Assembly (NCBI GenBank): GCA_038060895.1
Contig: JBBTCT010000011.1
Location: forward strand, 32,001 to 96,000
DNA length: 64,000 nt
Direction of reading: 5' to 3'
Source of the DNA: Planctomycetota bacterium
GTDB lineage: Bacteria > Planctomycetota > MHYJ01 > WSZJ01
A model generated the notes under the pieces. That model did not search any database. It was not told the origin of the DNA and saw nothing but the letters and a program-made list of their open reading frames with translations. Of this stretch, positions 56,538 to 64,000 are shown piece by piece (positions within the stretch are counted from its first letter, which is position 1; each line of letters starts with the position of its first letter). The position numbers and the translations under genes were made by a program.

Positions 56538-56696
56538 GGGGTGATCCCTGAAGTGACGGGAATGGAACACCTGGGAGCGCAAAAAGTCTCGGCGAATGAG
56601 AATCGAACTTGGAAGACACAAGTCATTGTTCTGTAAAGAGTTGTGTCATCTTCCTGACGGCGGGACAGAACCGGGAACCACCGGCGTACGCCGAAC

Positions 56697-58013
56697 CTAC
56701 CCCTTCGCCGTCAGGAAGTAGACCGTGTCGAGCTTCGCCCTTCTCGCGACTTTCACCACGTCCTCCCGCGTCACATCCGCAACTTCCCTCAGCGACTCCT
56801 CCACCGTCTTTGCCGCGCCCGACAATCGCCTCTCGTACAACCCCGCAATCGCCCGCGCCGGCGAGTCCAGGACCGCCCGCGCCCGCTCCATCATCGCGCG
56901 CCGCGTCGCCTCCATCTCCGCGTCCGTCACCTTCCCCGCCCGGATCGAATCCAGCTCCGCCAGGATCACTTCCAGGCACTTGTCGAACTTCTTCAGGTCG
57001 ATCCCCGCATGCACCATCATCAGTCCTTTCGTCTTCTCCAGCGACGACCCCGCCGAGTAAGCAAGCCCTTCCCGCTCGCGCACGTTGACGAAGAGCCGCG
57101 AGTGCGCGAAGCCTCCGAACACCCCGTTGAAGAATGACAGTGCCGTGGACTCCGGGTCCGCGTAGGTCACGCCGGTCCGGAACCCCATGACGAGTTTTCC
57201 CTGCTCGACGTCCATCTTCTCCACGACCCGGCGCGGCTCGCCAGTAGGGACATTCACGACCGTCGCAGGAACTTCCCCCACCACGCCGCGCTTGCGAATC
57301 CGGAACGCGCGATCCGCCATCGCCGCCACCTCGTCGGCTTCCACTCGCCCTGCGACGTACAGCTCGATCGGCGCCGTCTCGAGAAGTCGCCGGTGCCGCG
57401 CCGTCAACGAAGCCGCGGTCAATTTCGCAAGTCCCTCCAGCGTCCCCATCTCGTTCGTCGCGTACGCCTCCCCGCGGCACATCGACTCCACGCACCGCAC
57501 CGCCGCCCACTCCCCACGGTCGCTCATCAGGTCCTCCAGCGCGCGCCGCTGGTTCCGGACCTCCTGCTCCACGTAGTCCGCACGCAACCCCTTCCCGTTC
57601 CCCGCCGGGTCCGTCGCCATCTCCGCGAGAAACTCCATCGCGCGCTTCACGTTCCCGGTCCGCCCCGGCAGATGCCGGTCCGCGACGCAGTCCACCCTGA
57701 ACGACAGAACGTGGTTCTCCCCGATCTTCGCCGCATCCGCGTCCGCCCGCGCCCCGTACATCCCGTCCAGGTGCCCCGAAATCTTCCCCATCGTCGGCCG
57801 CTTCCGCGTCCCCCTCATCAGCACGTGCGGAAGCACCGCGGTGGCCGAAGGGTCGTCGCCGAGGTGCGATCGCACGAAGAGCCGGAGGACGACGTTCTTG
57901 AAGCGGCCTGTCGGCTGGACGAAGAGCGTGATCTTCGAGTCGAGCTCGTAGATGTGGAAGTCGGACCATTTTCCGCTTGGCGTCATTCGGGGCTCCGGGC
58001 GGTTGAGAAACAT
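56697..58013 (-). CDS. M16-family peptidase-like protein, inactive type (YmfF-like)
   Basis: RFKN, LMRGT, EQGKLVMG, GGFAHSRLFVNVREREGLAY. No HxxEH motif. Confidence 0.85.
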   Translation of the reverse strand: MFLNRPEPRMTPSGKWSDFHIYELDSKITLFVQPTGRFKNVVLRLFVRSHLGDDPSATAVLPHVLMRGTRKRPTMGKISGHLDGMYGARADADAAKIGENHVLSFRVDCVADRHLPGRTGNVKRAMEFLAEMATDPAGNGKGLRADYVEQEVRNQRRALEDLMSDRGEWAAVRCVESMCRGEAYATNEMGTLEGLAKLTAASLTARHRRLLETAPIELYVAGRVEADEVAAMADRAFRIRKRGVVGEVPATVVNVPTGEPRRVVEKMDVEQGKLVMGFRTGVTYADPESTALSFFNGVFGGFAHSRLFVNVREREGLAYSAGSSLEKTKGLMMVHAGIDLKKFDKCLEVILAELDSIRAGKVTDAEMEATRRAMMERARAVLDSPARAIAGLYERRLSGAAKTVEESLREVADVTREDVVKVARRAKLDTVYFLTAKG

Positions 58014-58030
58014 GGAAGCGATGTTCGTGG

Positions 58031-58190
58031 TCTAAGGTCTAAGGTCTAAGGTTGAAGGTTGAAGGACCAGCTTCCCAGAGTGGCGACACCGTATCGAGCG
58101 GTACTGCCGAGGATGTTCTTTTCGATCTTCGACCTTCGACCCTAGACCCTAGACCTTAGACCTTCGACCCTCGACCTCAGACCCTTGAAC
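58031..58190. repeat. Two oppositely oriented heptamer arrays (TCTAAGG/TTGAAGG x5; TTCGACC/CTAGACC/TTAGACC about x9)
   Basis: Unit TTAGACC is the reverse complement of GGTCTAA. The arrays are separated by about 55 bp. Confidence 0.85.
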
Positions 58191-58201
58191 CCAACGCCTC
58201 C

Positions 58202-59983
58202 TCACTTCCTGCCGAAATGCTTCTCCAGTTCCTCGAGCGTAATCCTCAGCGTCACAGGCCTGCCGTGCGGGCACGTCTGCGAATGGTCGATTCTCACACG
58301 ATCCTCCAGAAGCGCCCGCACTTCTTCGGGTGCCAGCCTCTCCCCCGCCTTGATCGCTGCCTTGCAGGCGCAGGTTGCGATGAAGTGATCCATCGCGTCG
58401 TCGGCGGCGCGGCCCGGGGTGGCGGTGTCGAAGTCCATCAGTATGTCGCGCACGATCCGCGCCGGGTCCTTCGTCCCGATCCAGTCCGGCGCCGCGTGAA
58501 TCGCCAGGGCACCGGGGCCAAACTCTTCGATCTCGAACCCGAGGCGGTCGAGAAGCGGCCTCGCCGCCGCGATGACTTTCTCGCGCCCCGTGTCGCGCAC
58601 GATCGCGGGGACGAGCAGCCGCTGCCGGGCGACGTCGTGCGCGAGCACGCGTGAACGGATCCGGTAGTAGAGGATGCGCTCGTGAAGAGCGTGCTGGTCG
58701 ATCACGTTGAGGCCGCCCGGCACTTCCTCGATCAGGTACGCGTCGTGAAGCTGGTACGCCCTCCCGCCGGCTGCCATAGGCCGCATCGGTGGCGTGGGGT
58801 CCAGGACACCGGGGGGGATGTCGCGCGGCTCGGCCATCGCGGACTTCCCGGGCGGCGGCGTGAGGAACACCGGCGTGTTTGCAGGCCGGGTGAAGAATTC
58901 CATCAGCTCCTGCTGGCGTTCGTTCCGCCGCTCGTCGGGCGTGCGCTGCACGAAGCTGGACCAGGCGTCTTTCGGCACGAACTGCTGGGGCACGCCGCCG
59001 GCCATGAGCCGCCCGCGAATTTCGTCGCGGACGAAATCGTGCACGCGCGAGCCGTTCGCGAAACGGATTTCGATCTTGGCCGGATGGACGTTGACGTCGA
59101 TGTCCTTCGGTTCGATATCGACGAAGAGAAACACGGCGGGCGCCCGCCGGACCATGACGAGGTCGGAATACGCCTCGATGATGGCGCGGAACAGGACCTT
59201 GTCGCGCACCCAGCGGCCGTTGACCCACGTGAACTGCAGGCGCGTGTTGTTCACCGTGAACGTCGGACGGGCGACGTAGCCGCGCAGCCGGATGCCGCGC
59301 GCCTGTGCATCCACTTTCACCAGCGCTTGCCGCAATTCCTTTCCGAAGTAATGCCCGATCCGCTCCGCGATGTCGTCCACGGGCGCCATCGCCGCGATCG
59401 GAATCGAGTCGCCCCGCAGCTCGAACCTCACGTCCGGACGCGCCAGCGCGAAGCGCGTGACGACGTCGCCGATGTGCGCCGCCTCGACCGGGGAGGTCTT
59501 GAGAAATCTCCGCCGGGCTGGGATGTTGCCGAACAGGTCCCAGGCTTCGACCGTCGTCCCCTCCGGCCCCGCGGACGGCTTGACCACTCCGACTTTCCCC
59601 GCTTCCGCCTCGATCTCGTGCGCCGCCTCCGTCCCGCGCGGCCGCGACACGATCCGCGCGCGCGCGACCTCGGCGATCGACGCCAGCGCTTCCCCGCGAA
59701 ACCCGAAGCTCCGGATCTCGCTGAGGTCCGCCACCGCGGCCAGCTTCGACGTCGCGTGCGGCACGAAGGCCAGCGCGAGATCCTCCGGCCCCATCCCCGC
59801 GCCGTCGTCCGTCACGCGTATCAACCGGCGCCCGCCGTCTTCGAATTCAACTTCCACCCGAGTCGCGCCCGCGTCGAGCGCATTCTCGATCAGCTCCTTC
59901 ACCGCGCTCGCCGGCCGCTCCAGCACTTCGCCGGCGGCGATGAGGTTGACGACGTTCGCATCGAGGACGTGGATTCGGGACAC
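58202..59983 (-). CDS. mutL: DNA mismatch repair protein MutL
   Basis: IAAGEVLERPAS, GFRGEAL, DVNVHPAK, endonuclease motif DQHALHER, ACK, CPHGRP. Confidence 0.97.
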   Translation of the reverse strand: MSRIHVLDANVVNLIAAGEVLERPASAVKELIENALDAGATRVEVEFEDGGRRLIRVTDDGAGMGPEDLALAFVPHATSKLAAVADLSEIRSFGFRGEALASIAEVARARIVSRPRGTEAAHEIEAEAGKVGVVKPSAGPEGTTVEAWDLFGNIPARRRFLKTSPVEAAHIGDVVTRFALARPDVRFELRGDSIPIAAMAPVDDIAERIGHYFGKELRQALVKVDAQARGIRLRGYVARPTFTVNNTRLQFTWVNGRWVRDKVLFRAIIEAYSDLVMVRRAPAVFLFVDIEPKDIDVNVHPAKIEIRFANGSRVHDFVRDEIRGRLMAGGVPQQFVPKDAWSSFVQRTPDERRNERQQELMEFFTRPANTPVFLTPPPGKSAMAEPRDIPPGVLDPTPPMRPMAAGGRAYQLHDAYLIEEVPGGLNVIDQHALHERILYYRIRSRVLAHDVARQRLLVPAIVRDTGREKVIAAARPLLDRLGFEIEEFGPGALAIHAAPDWIGTKDPARIVRDILMDFDTATPGRAADDAMDHFIATCACKAAIKAGERLAPEEVRALLEDRVRIDHSQTCPHGRPVTLRITLEELEKHFGRK

Positions 59984-60064
59984 AAGGGCATGTTAGCGGG
60001 GCCCGCGAGCCGCGGACAGGTCCGCGACTTCCCTGCCGGGCGGCCTTCGCCTGGCGGTGAGTCA

Positions 60065-60114
60065 GCTTTGATTCCGGCGGTTGCGTCCGAAGGACGCAAC
60101 CGGTGGAATCAAGC
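60065..60114. repeat. Long hairpin between divergent genes (REP-like)
   Basis: TTGATTCC-ggc-GGTTGCGTCC-gaa-GGACGCAACC-ggt-GGAATCAA. Confidence 0.7.
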
Positions 60115-60140
60115 GTGTCGAACCACTAGAATCGCCGGCC

Positions 60141-60551
60141 ATGAAGACCGCCTTTGCACTCTTCGCCGTGGCCCTCGCGGGGTGCGCTACCGATCCGAAG
60201 GAAGTCGCCGCCAGGGACCGCGAACGGTCGCGAGAGGAAATCCGCCGCGTCGCGGACGAAGTCATCGGCGCGATGCGCGACAACCACCCGGAGGTCTACC
60301 ATGCACACCTCTGCCGCGCGCAGCGGGAAGGCTATCCGCTGGAAGACATGCGCCGTGACTGGTCCGAATCGCACGCCGAAATGTCCCAGCTCGCTTCCAG
60401 CATGCAGGTGAAGACGGTTGCCGTCGATGAAGCGAACCCGAACATCGCCTCCGTGCTCGTCGCCGCGCCGAATCACCCGCGACAGAACCTGCTGATCGAG
60501 GCGATCCGCGAGGACGGCGCATGGCGGATCCGCGAGCCGCGGCTGAAGTAG
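60141..60551 (+). CDS. Small lipoprotein (NTF2/DUF4878-like)
   Basis: Lipobox LAGC and C-terminal REDGAWRI. Confidence 0.75.
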   Translation: MKTAFALFAVALAGCATDPKEVAARDRERSREEIRRVADEVIGAMRDNHPEVYHAHLCRAQREGYPLEDMRRDWSESHAEMSQLASSMQVKTVAVDEANPNIASVLVAAPNHPRQNLLIEAIREDGAWRIREPRLK

Positions 60552-60552
60552 C

Positions 60553-61581
60553 CTAGACGAACTGCTCGAGCTCCGACACCAGCTGCGCCGCGCTCGTGTA
60601 GCGCCTCGTGGGCGGAATCTCGACGCACTTCTTCACGATCGCCTTGATCGCGTCGCTGTACGGAACGCGCGTCATGTCGACCAGCGTCCCGAGCCGCTTC
60701 TTCAGCATCTCCTGGTCGTACGCCTTTTTCACCGTCGGATCCTGGCGGTCGTACTCGCCCCAGCTCGCTTGCCAGTGTTCCTTCCTGAGCTCGAACCACC
60801 CTGGCAGGAACGGGGGGCGTCCGCAGGCAACCTCGTACATCGTCGCCCCCAGCGACCACAGATCGGCCGCGGGGCCGACCTGCGCCTGCGTCTGCGCCCC
60901 GACGACCTCCGGGGCCACGTAGAGCGGCGACCCGCCGAGCCCGACCTTCGGCTCGTCGATCCGCATCGCCACACCGAAGTCGATCAGCTTCGCCAAAATG
61001 GCCCCCGCCTGCTGAAGAACCTCCTTCTTGAAGATCTGCGTGTCCTTCGACCGCGACACGTTCGTCTCGGCGATCGAGCGCAGCCCGCTCGCCAGGAAAT
61101 TCTCCGGCTTCACGTCGAGGTGCAGGAACCCCTTGCCGTGGACGTACTGAAGCGCGCGCGCCGCGTGCAGGAACACCGTCATGAAGTCGCGGCCGGACAG
61201 AAGCGGGGGCTTGGCGCCTTTCGTCATGTACCAGTCCCGCATGAAGGCGCGGAGGCTCGGCCCCTCGATCCACTCCATCAGGATCCAGGTCTCGGCACCG
61301 CTTTTCTGCCAGGCGATCGTGCGCGCGATGTTCTCGTGCTGCATCTGAAAGGAAATCTCGAGCTCGCGCTCGAGCTTTTTCTTCTGCGCGTCGGTTCCGG
61401 GGCGCACTTTTTTGATGCAGAACAGGCGCTTCGACTGCCGGTGCCGGACCTGCGACACGGTGCTCATCGCTCCAGGCAACAGGTCCTTCACGTGCTCGTA
61501 GTCCATCGCGAAGGGCGTTTCCTTCGGGTACTTCGCGGTCGAGCCCGTCTTCCCCCCCGTCAGCTTGTCGAAGAATCCCAT
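60553..61581 (-). CDS. Ser/Thr protein kinase (soluble)
   Basis: CIKK, LMEWIEG, HLDVKPEN, DFG, YVAPE, DLWSLG, PPF. Confidence 0.9.
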   Translation of the reverse strand: MGFFDKLTGGKTGSTAKYPKETPFAMDYEHVKDLLPGAMSTVSQVRHRQSKRLFCIKKVRPGTDAQKKKLERELEISFQMQHENIARTIAWQKSGAETWILMEWIEGPSLRAFMRDWYMTKGAKPPLLSGRDFMTVFLHAARALQYVHGKGFLHLDVKPENFLASGLRSIAETNVSRSKDTQIFKKEVLQQAGAILAKLIDFGVAMRIDEPKVGLGGSPLYVAPEVVGAQTQAQVGPAADLWSLGATMYEVACGRPPFLPGWFELRKEHWQASWGEYDRQDPTVKKAYDQEMLKKRLGTLVDMTRVPYSDAIKAIVKKCVEIPPTRRYTSAAQLVSELEQFV

Positions 61582-61583
61582 GT

Positions 61584-62336
61584 TCAGCGCCCGTCCTTCA
61601 GCCGGAGGGCGTGGTATTCGGGGAGCTCCTTCGTCGCGAGGATCTTCTTCATCGCCGACTCGACGTCGTAGACGACGCGGTTGTAGCGGACGGTCTCCCC
61701 GTCGAACGTGACGTAGCAGGCGCGCGGGTCGCGGTCCCGCGGCTGGCCGACGGAGCCGACGTTGATGAGCGCCTTCTGCTCCGTGACCTTGTAGGTGTAG
61801 GCGATCTGCTTCGGGAAAATGAACTTGTGGTCCGGCGTGAACACGCCGGGCTCATGCGTATGCCCTACAAAACACAGGTGGTCGATCATCGAAAAAATCT
61901 CATCCATCTTCTCGTGGTCGTGGCAGTCCGCAGGCCGCACGTATTCGCGCGTCGGAACCCTCGGCGAACCGTGGATGTAGAGAACCTTGTCCTCCACCAT
62001 CCGGTCCCCCAGGTCCCCCAGGAAGTTCCACATGGAGTGGTTTTCTTCCTTCGACGCTTCTTTCCGGTTCAGCTGCTTGCGCGTCCACTCGATCGAGCGC
62101 GCGGCCTCCATGTTGAAGTCGGCCGCGATGAACAGAAGCGCATCCTCGTGGTTTCCGCGGATGCAGTCGTTGAAGTTCCGCGCCCGCAGGATGCACTCGC
62201 GCGGGTTCGGCCCGTAGCCGATCACGTCCCCGAGACAGTAGATGTCCGTGATGCCCTTGGACTCAATGTCTTTGAGGACCGCCTCGAGGGCGTCAATGTT
62301 CGAGTGAATATCGGAAATGATGGCGCGTTCGGGCAC
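61584..62336 (-). CDS. Calcineurin-like metallophosphoesterase
   Basis: SDIHSN, LGDVIGYG, RGNHE, HGSP, GHTH, NVGSVGQPRD. Confidence 0.92.
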   Translation of the reverse strand: MPERAIISDIHSNIDALEAVLKDIESKGITDIYCLGDVIGYGPNPRECILRARNFNDCIRGNHEDALLFIAADFNMEAARSIEWTRKQLNRKEASKEENHSMWNFLGDLGDRMVEDKVLYIHGSPRVPTREYVRPADCHDHEKMDEIFSMIDHLCFVGHTHEPGVFTPDHKFIFPKQIAYTYKVTEQKALINVGSVGQPRDRDPRACYVTFDGETVRYNRVVYDVESAMKKILATKELPEYHALRLKDGR

Positions 62337-62417
62337 CGGGACCTCTCACGGGTATAGAACGGTGATGATACTGCGGGGGTTAGGGAATTCAAGATACGGG
62401 ACCCCTCGCGGGGAAAG

Positions 62418-62585
62418 GACAACTTCAAGACAGCGAACGCTCAAGCAAACGACAACTTCAAAAAGAAAGTCCCGCAGATTGACTCGAGCTCCTGTCCGGG
62501 ATCGCGGATGCCAGCATCAGAGTGACCCCGAATTTGCCCTTTGTAGTTCGCTGTTTGCCTGAGAGTTCGCGGTCTTGAAGTTGTC
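62418..62585. repeat. About 45-bp imperfect terminal inverted repeats flanking a short spacer (MITE-like)
   Basis: 62418-62462 is approximately the reverse complement of 62540-62585. Both read GACAACTTCAAGAC.GCGAAC.CTCA.GCAAAC. Confidence 0.75.
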
Positions 62586-62600
62586 GTTGCCGCGAAGCGG

Positions 62601-62858
62601 CTACCCCTTGTTCACGCGATAGACGTACGCCAGCACCTCCGCCAGCGCTTCATACAACTTCGGCGGCACCTGCGCCCCGATGTCCAGCACCGCCAGCGCT
62701 TCCACCAGGTCCCGGTCCGGGTGCACGGGCACGCCGGCATCCCTCGCAATCGCAAGAATCCTCTCCGCGATCTCTCCACGCCCGCGCGCCACCACCCGCG
62801 GAGCTTCGTCCGCGCCAGCCAGATACCTCAATGCCACCGCCACCCGGGAATCCGTCAT
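62601..62858 (-). CDS. FlhB C-terminal-like (EscU/YscU/HrcU family) small protein
   Basis: AVALRY...APRVVARGRGEIAERI, LYEALAEVLAYVY. Confidence 0.9.
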   Translation of the reverse strand: MTDSRVAVALRYLAGADEAPRVVARGRGEIAERILAIARDAGVPVHPDRDLVEALAVLDIGAQVPPKLYEALAEVLAYVYRVNKG

Positions 62859-64000
62859 GCGCGCACATCCAGCCCGCCGGCGGGAAGCGGCAGCACGGGT
62901 TCCAGGGGGCCCTCGGAAAAGCGGACATCCGCGCGCAGGCCGAGGCGGACCAGCGCTTCCAGCAGCCCCGCCCGGTCCCTTTCGAGCAGGCGGCGGGAGG
63001 GGGCGGAAGCGGCGAGACTGACGGAAGCGGCGCCGGCGGCGAGCGCGATGACGATCTGCACCAGGCCGAGGCGAGTCAGCTCGAGGGTGACGACCACGCG
63101 GGCCGGCGCGGACGGGTCCGCGGCGCCGCCGGTTCGCGACTCGACGCGGCCGAAGCCGCCTTCGGGGCGGCCGTCCCGGACCCAGCCCAGCGCGAACCAC
63201 ACGACACCGTCGCCGCGCGAAGCGGCGTCCGCGTTGAGCACCCGCAGGGCCCGCCCGATGTCCCCCAGCGCTCTTGCTGAATCAAGCAGTCCCGTCGCCT
63301 CTCCCGCCTCCGGCCGGGAATTCAGCGCCGCCGCCGCCACACGCGCGGCCTCCGGGCCCTGAAGGGACGCTTCGACAAGAGCTTCAAATGCCGGATTTCC
63401 TCGAAGGACTCCAACGGCGGCCTCGGCTACGAAGTTCGCGCGAATGGAGTTGAGCCCGGCATCTCCTCCGCCGATGGCAGCCTGCAGTTTCGCGAGGAGC
63501 GCCCCACGATCGGGCGCGGGCCCGATCATCAGGTCGAGCGTGTTCCGGAAGTTCGCCAGGGCATCGGAAGACGACGCCTTTCTCGCGGCCGACAGCGCGG
63601 CTCCTTCGGCTGCGGGAGAACGGAGCAGCGCGGCGAGTCCGCGCGCCGCCGCCGGATCCAGGCCCAGTCCCCGTGCGGCAAGGAACCGCGCGGCCGCTTC
63701 CCGCGCCGCGTCGCCTCCCGCAAACGCGCGAACCGCCGCTTCCACGTCCGGTGAAAGCGCCCGCGGTCCCGCCTGGCCCTCTTCCGGCTTCGAAACTGCC
63801 GGCCGGATCTCCAGCGTCAAGGGTTCGGTCGACTTCACCGCGAGTCGCACGCGTTCTCCGACTTCAAGCGCAAGCGCCGTCTCCAGGTCGAGCGACGCCC
63901 CGAGCACGCTCAGCCGGAACTTCCCCGGTGCGCTCGACGCCACCACAAGCGCATCGAACAGCGAGCCCGGCGCCAGCCGCGCCAGCGCAGCGTCCAGCGG
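62855..64000 (-). CDS. Flagellar hook-length control FliK-like protein (5' end outside the window)
   Basis: Frame open to the window edge. C-terminal LELTRLG.VQI...L...L...GL FliK-like domain, overlapping the flhB-like gene as is common for this pair. Confidence 0.65.
   Translation of the reverse strand, partial: PLDAALARLAPGSLFDALVVASSAPGKFRLSVLGASLDLETALALEVGERVRLAVKSTEPLTLEIRPAVSKPEEGQAGPRALSPDVEAAVRAFAGGDAAREAAARFLAARGLGLDPAAARGLAALLRSPAAEGAALSAARKASSSDALANFRNTLDLMIGPAPDRGALLAKLQAAIGGGDAGLNSIRANFVAEAAVGVLRGNPAFEALVEASLQGPEAARVAAAALNSRPEAGEATGLLDSARALGDIGRALRVLNADAASRGDGVVWFALGWVRDGRPEGGFGRVESRTGGAADPSAPARVVVTLELTRLGLVQIVIALAAGAASVSLAASAPSRRLLERDRAGLLEALVRLGLRADVRFSEGPLEPVLPLPAGGLDVRA

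Noticed and set aside
56575-56596. Possible sigma54 promoter for the HEAT triplet
   Set aside because: TTGC is present on the minus strand, but the -24 position reads CC rather than GG.
58031-58190. Repeat arrays as a CRISPR
   Set aside because: The units are contiguous 7-mers without unique spacers, and no cas genes are present.

Overview
High-GC bacterial chromosomal segment, most likely Planctomycetota/PVC. This is inferred from the DUF1570-type zincins, the many exported HEAT-repeat proteins, the DxVxLKDGR N-terminal domains, a giant GspK/PilX-like protein and several sigma54 promoters. Housekeeping genes include hemE-hemH-hemY, groES-groEL, a beta-CASP nuclease, rimK, a GH57 branching enzyme, lipB, a surA-like PPIase, xerD, truA, an EF-G paralog, an ABC exporter pair, smc, mutL, and fliK/flhB-like genes at the right edge. 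These are interleaved with tandem-paralog clusters of unknown exported proteins. The most notable non-routine signals are: (1) three consecutive exported-protein genes (1220-aa pilin-like protein, 366-aa secreted protein, 74-aa Gly/Asp peptide), each with its own sigma54 -24/-12 promoter and the same tripartite upstream motif about 123-135 bp away, suggesting a co-regulated surface or secretion module; (2) a triplet of signal-peptide proteins with six DnaJ-like CxxC motifs each; (3) a triplet of exported HEAT proteins with a conserved K(F/L)NDDL(S/T)xK tail facing a DUF1570-type zincin; (4) a 25-bp YAA-N4-TTR-N5-YAA-N4-TTR motif in six promoter regions; (5) unusual insertions in HemH (5 Cys) and in the SMC hinge. 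No rRNA, tRNA, CRISPR array or transposase was recognised. All assignments come from motif reading by eye, with no database searches.
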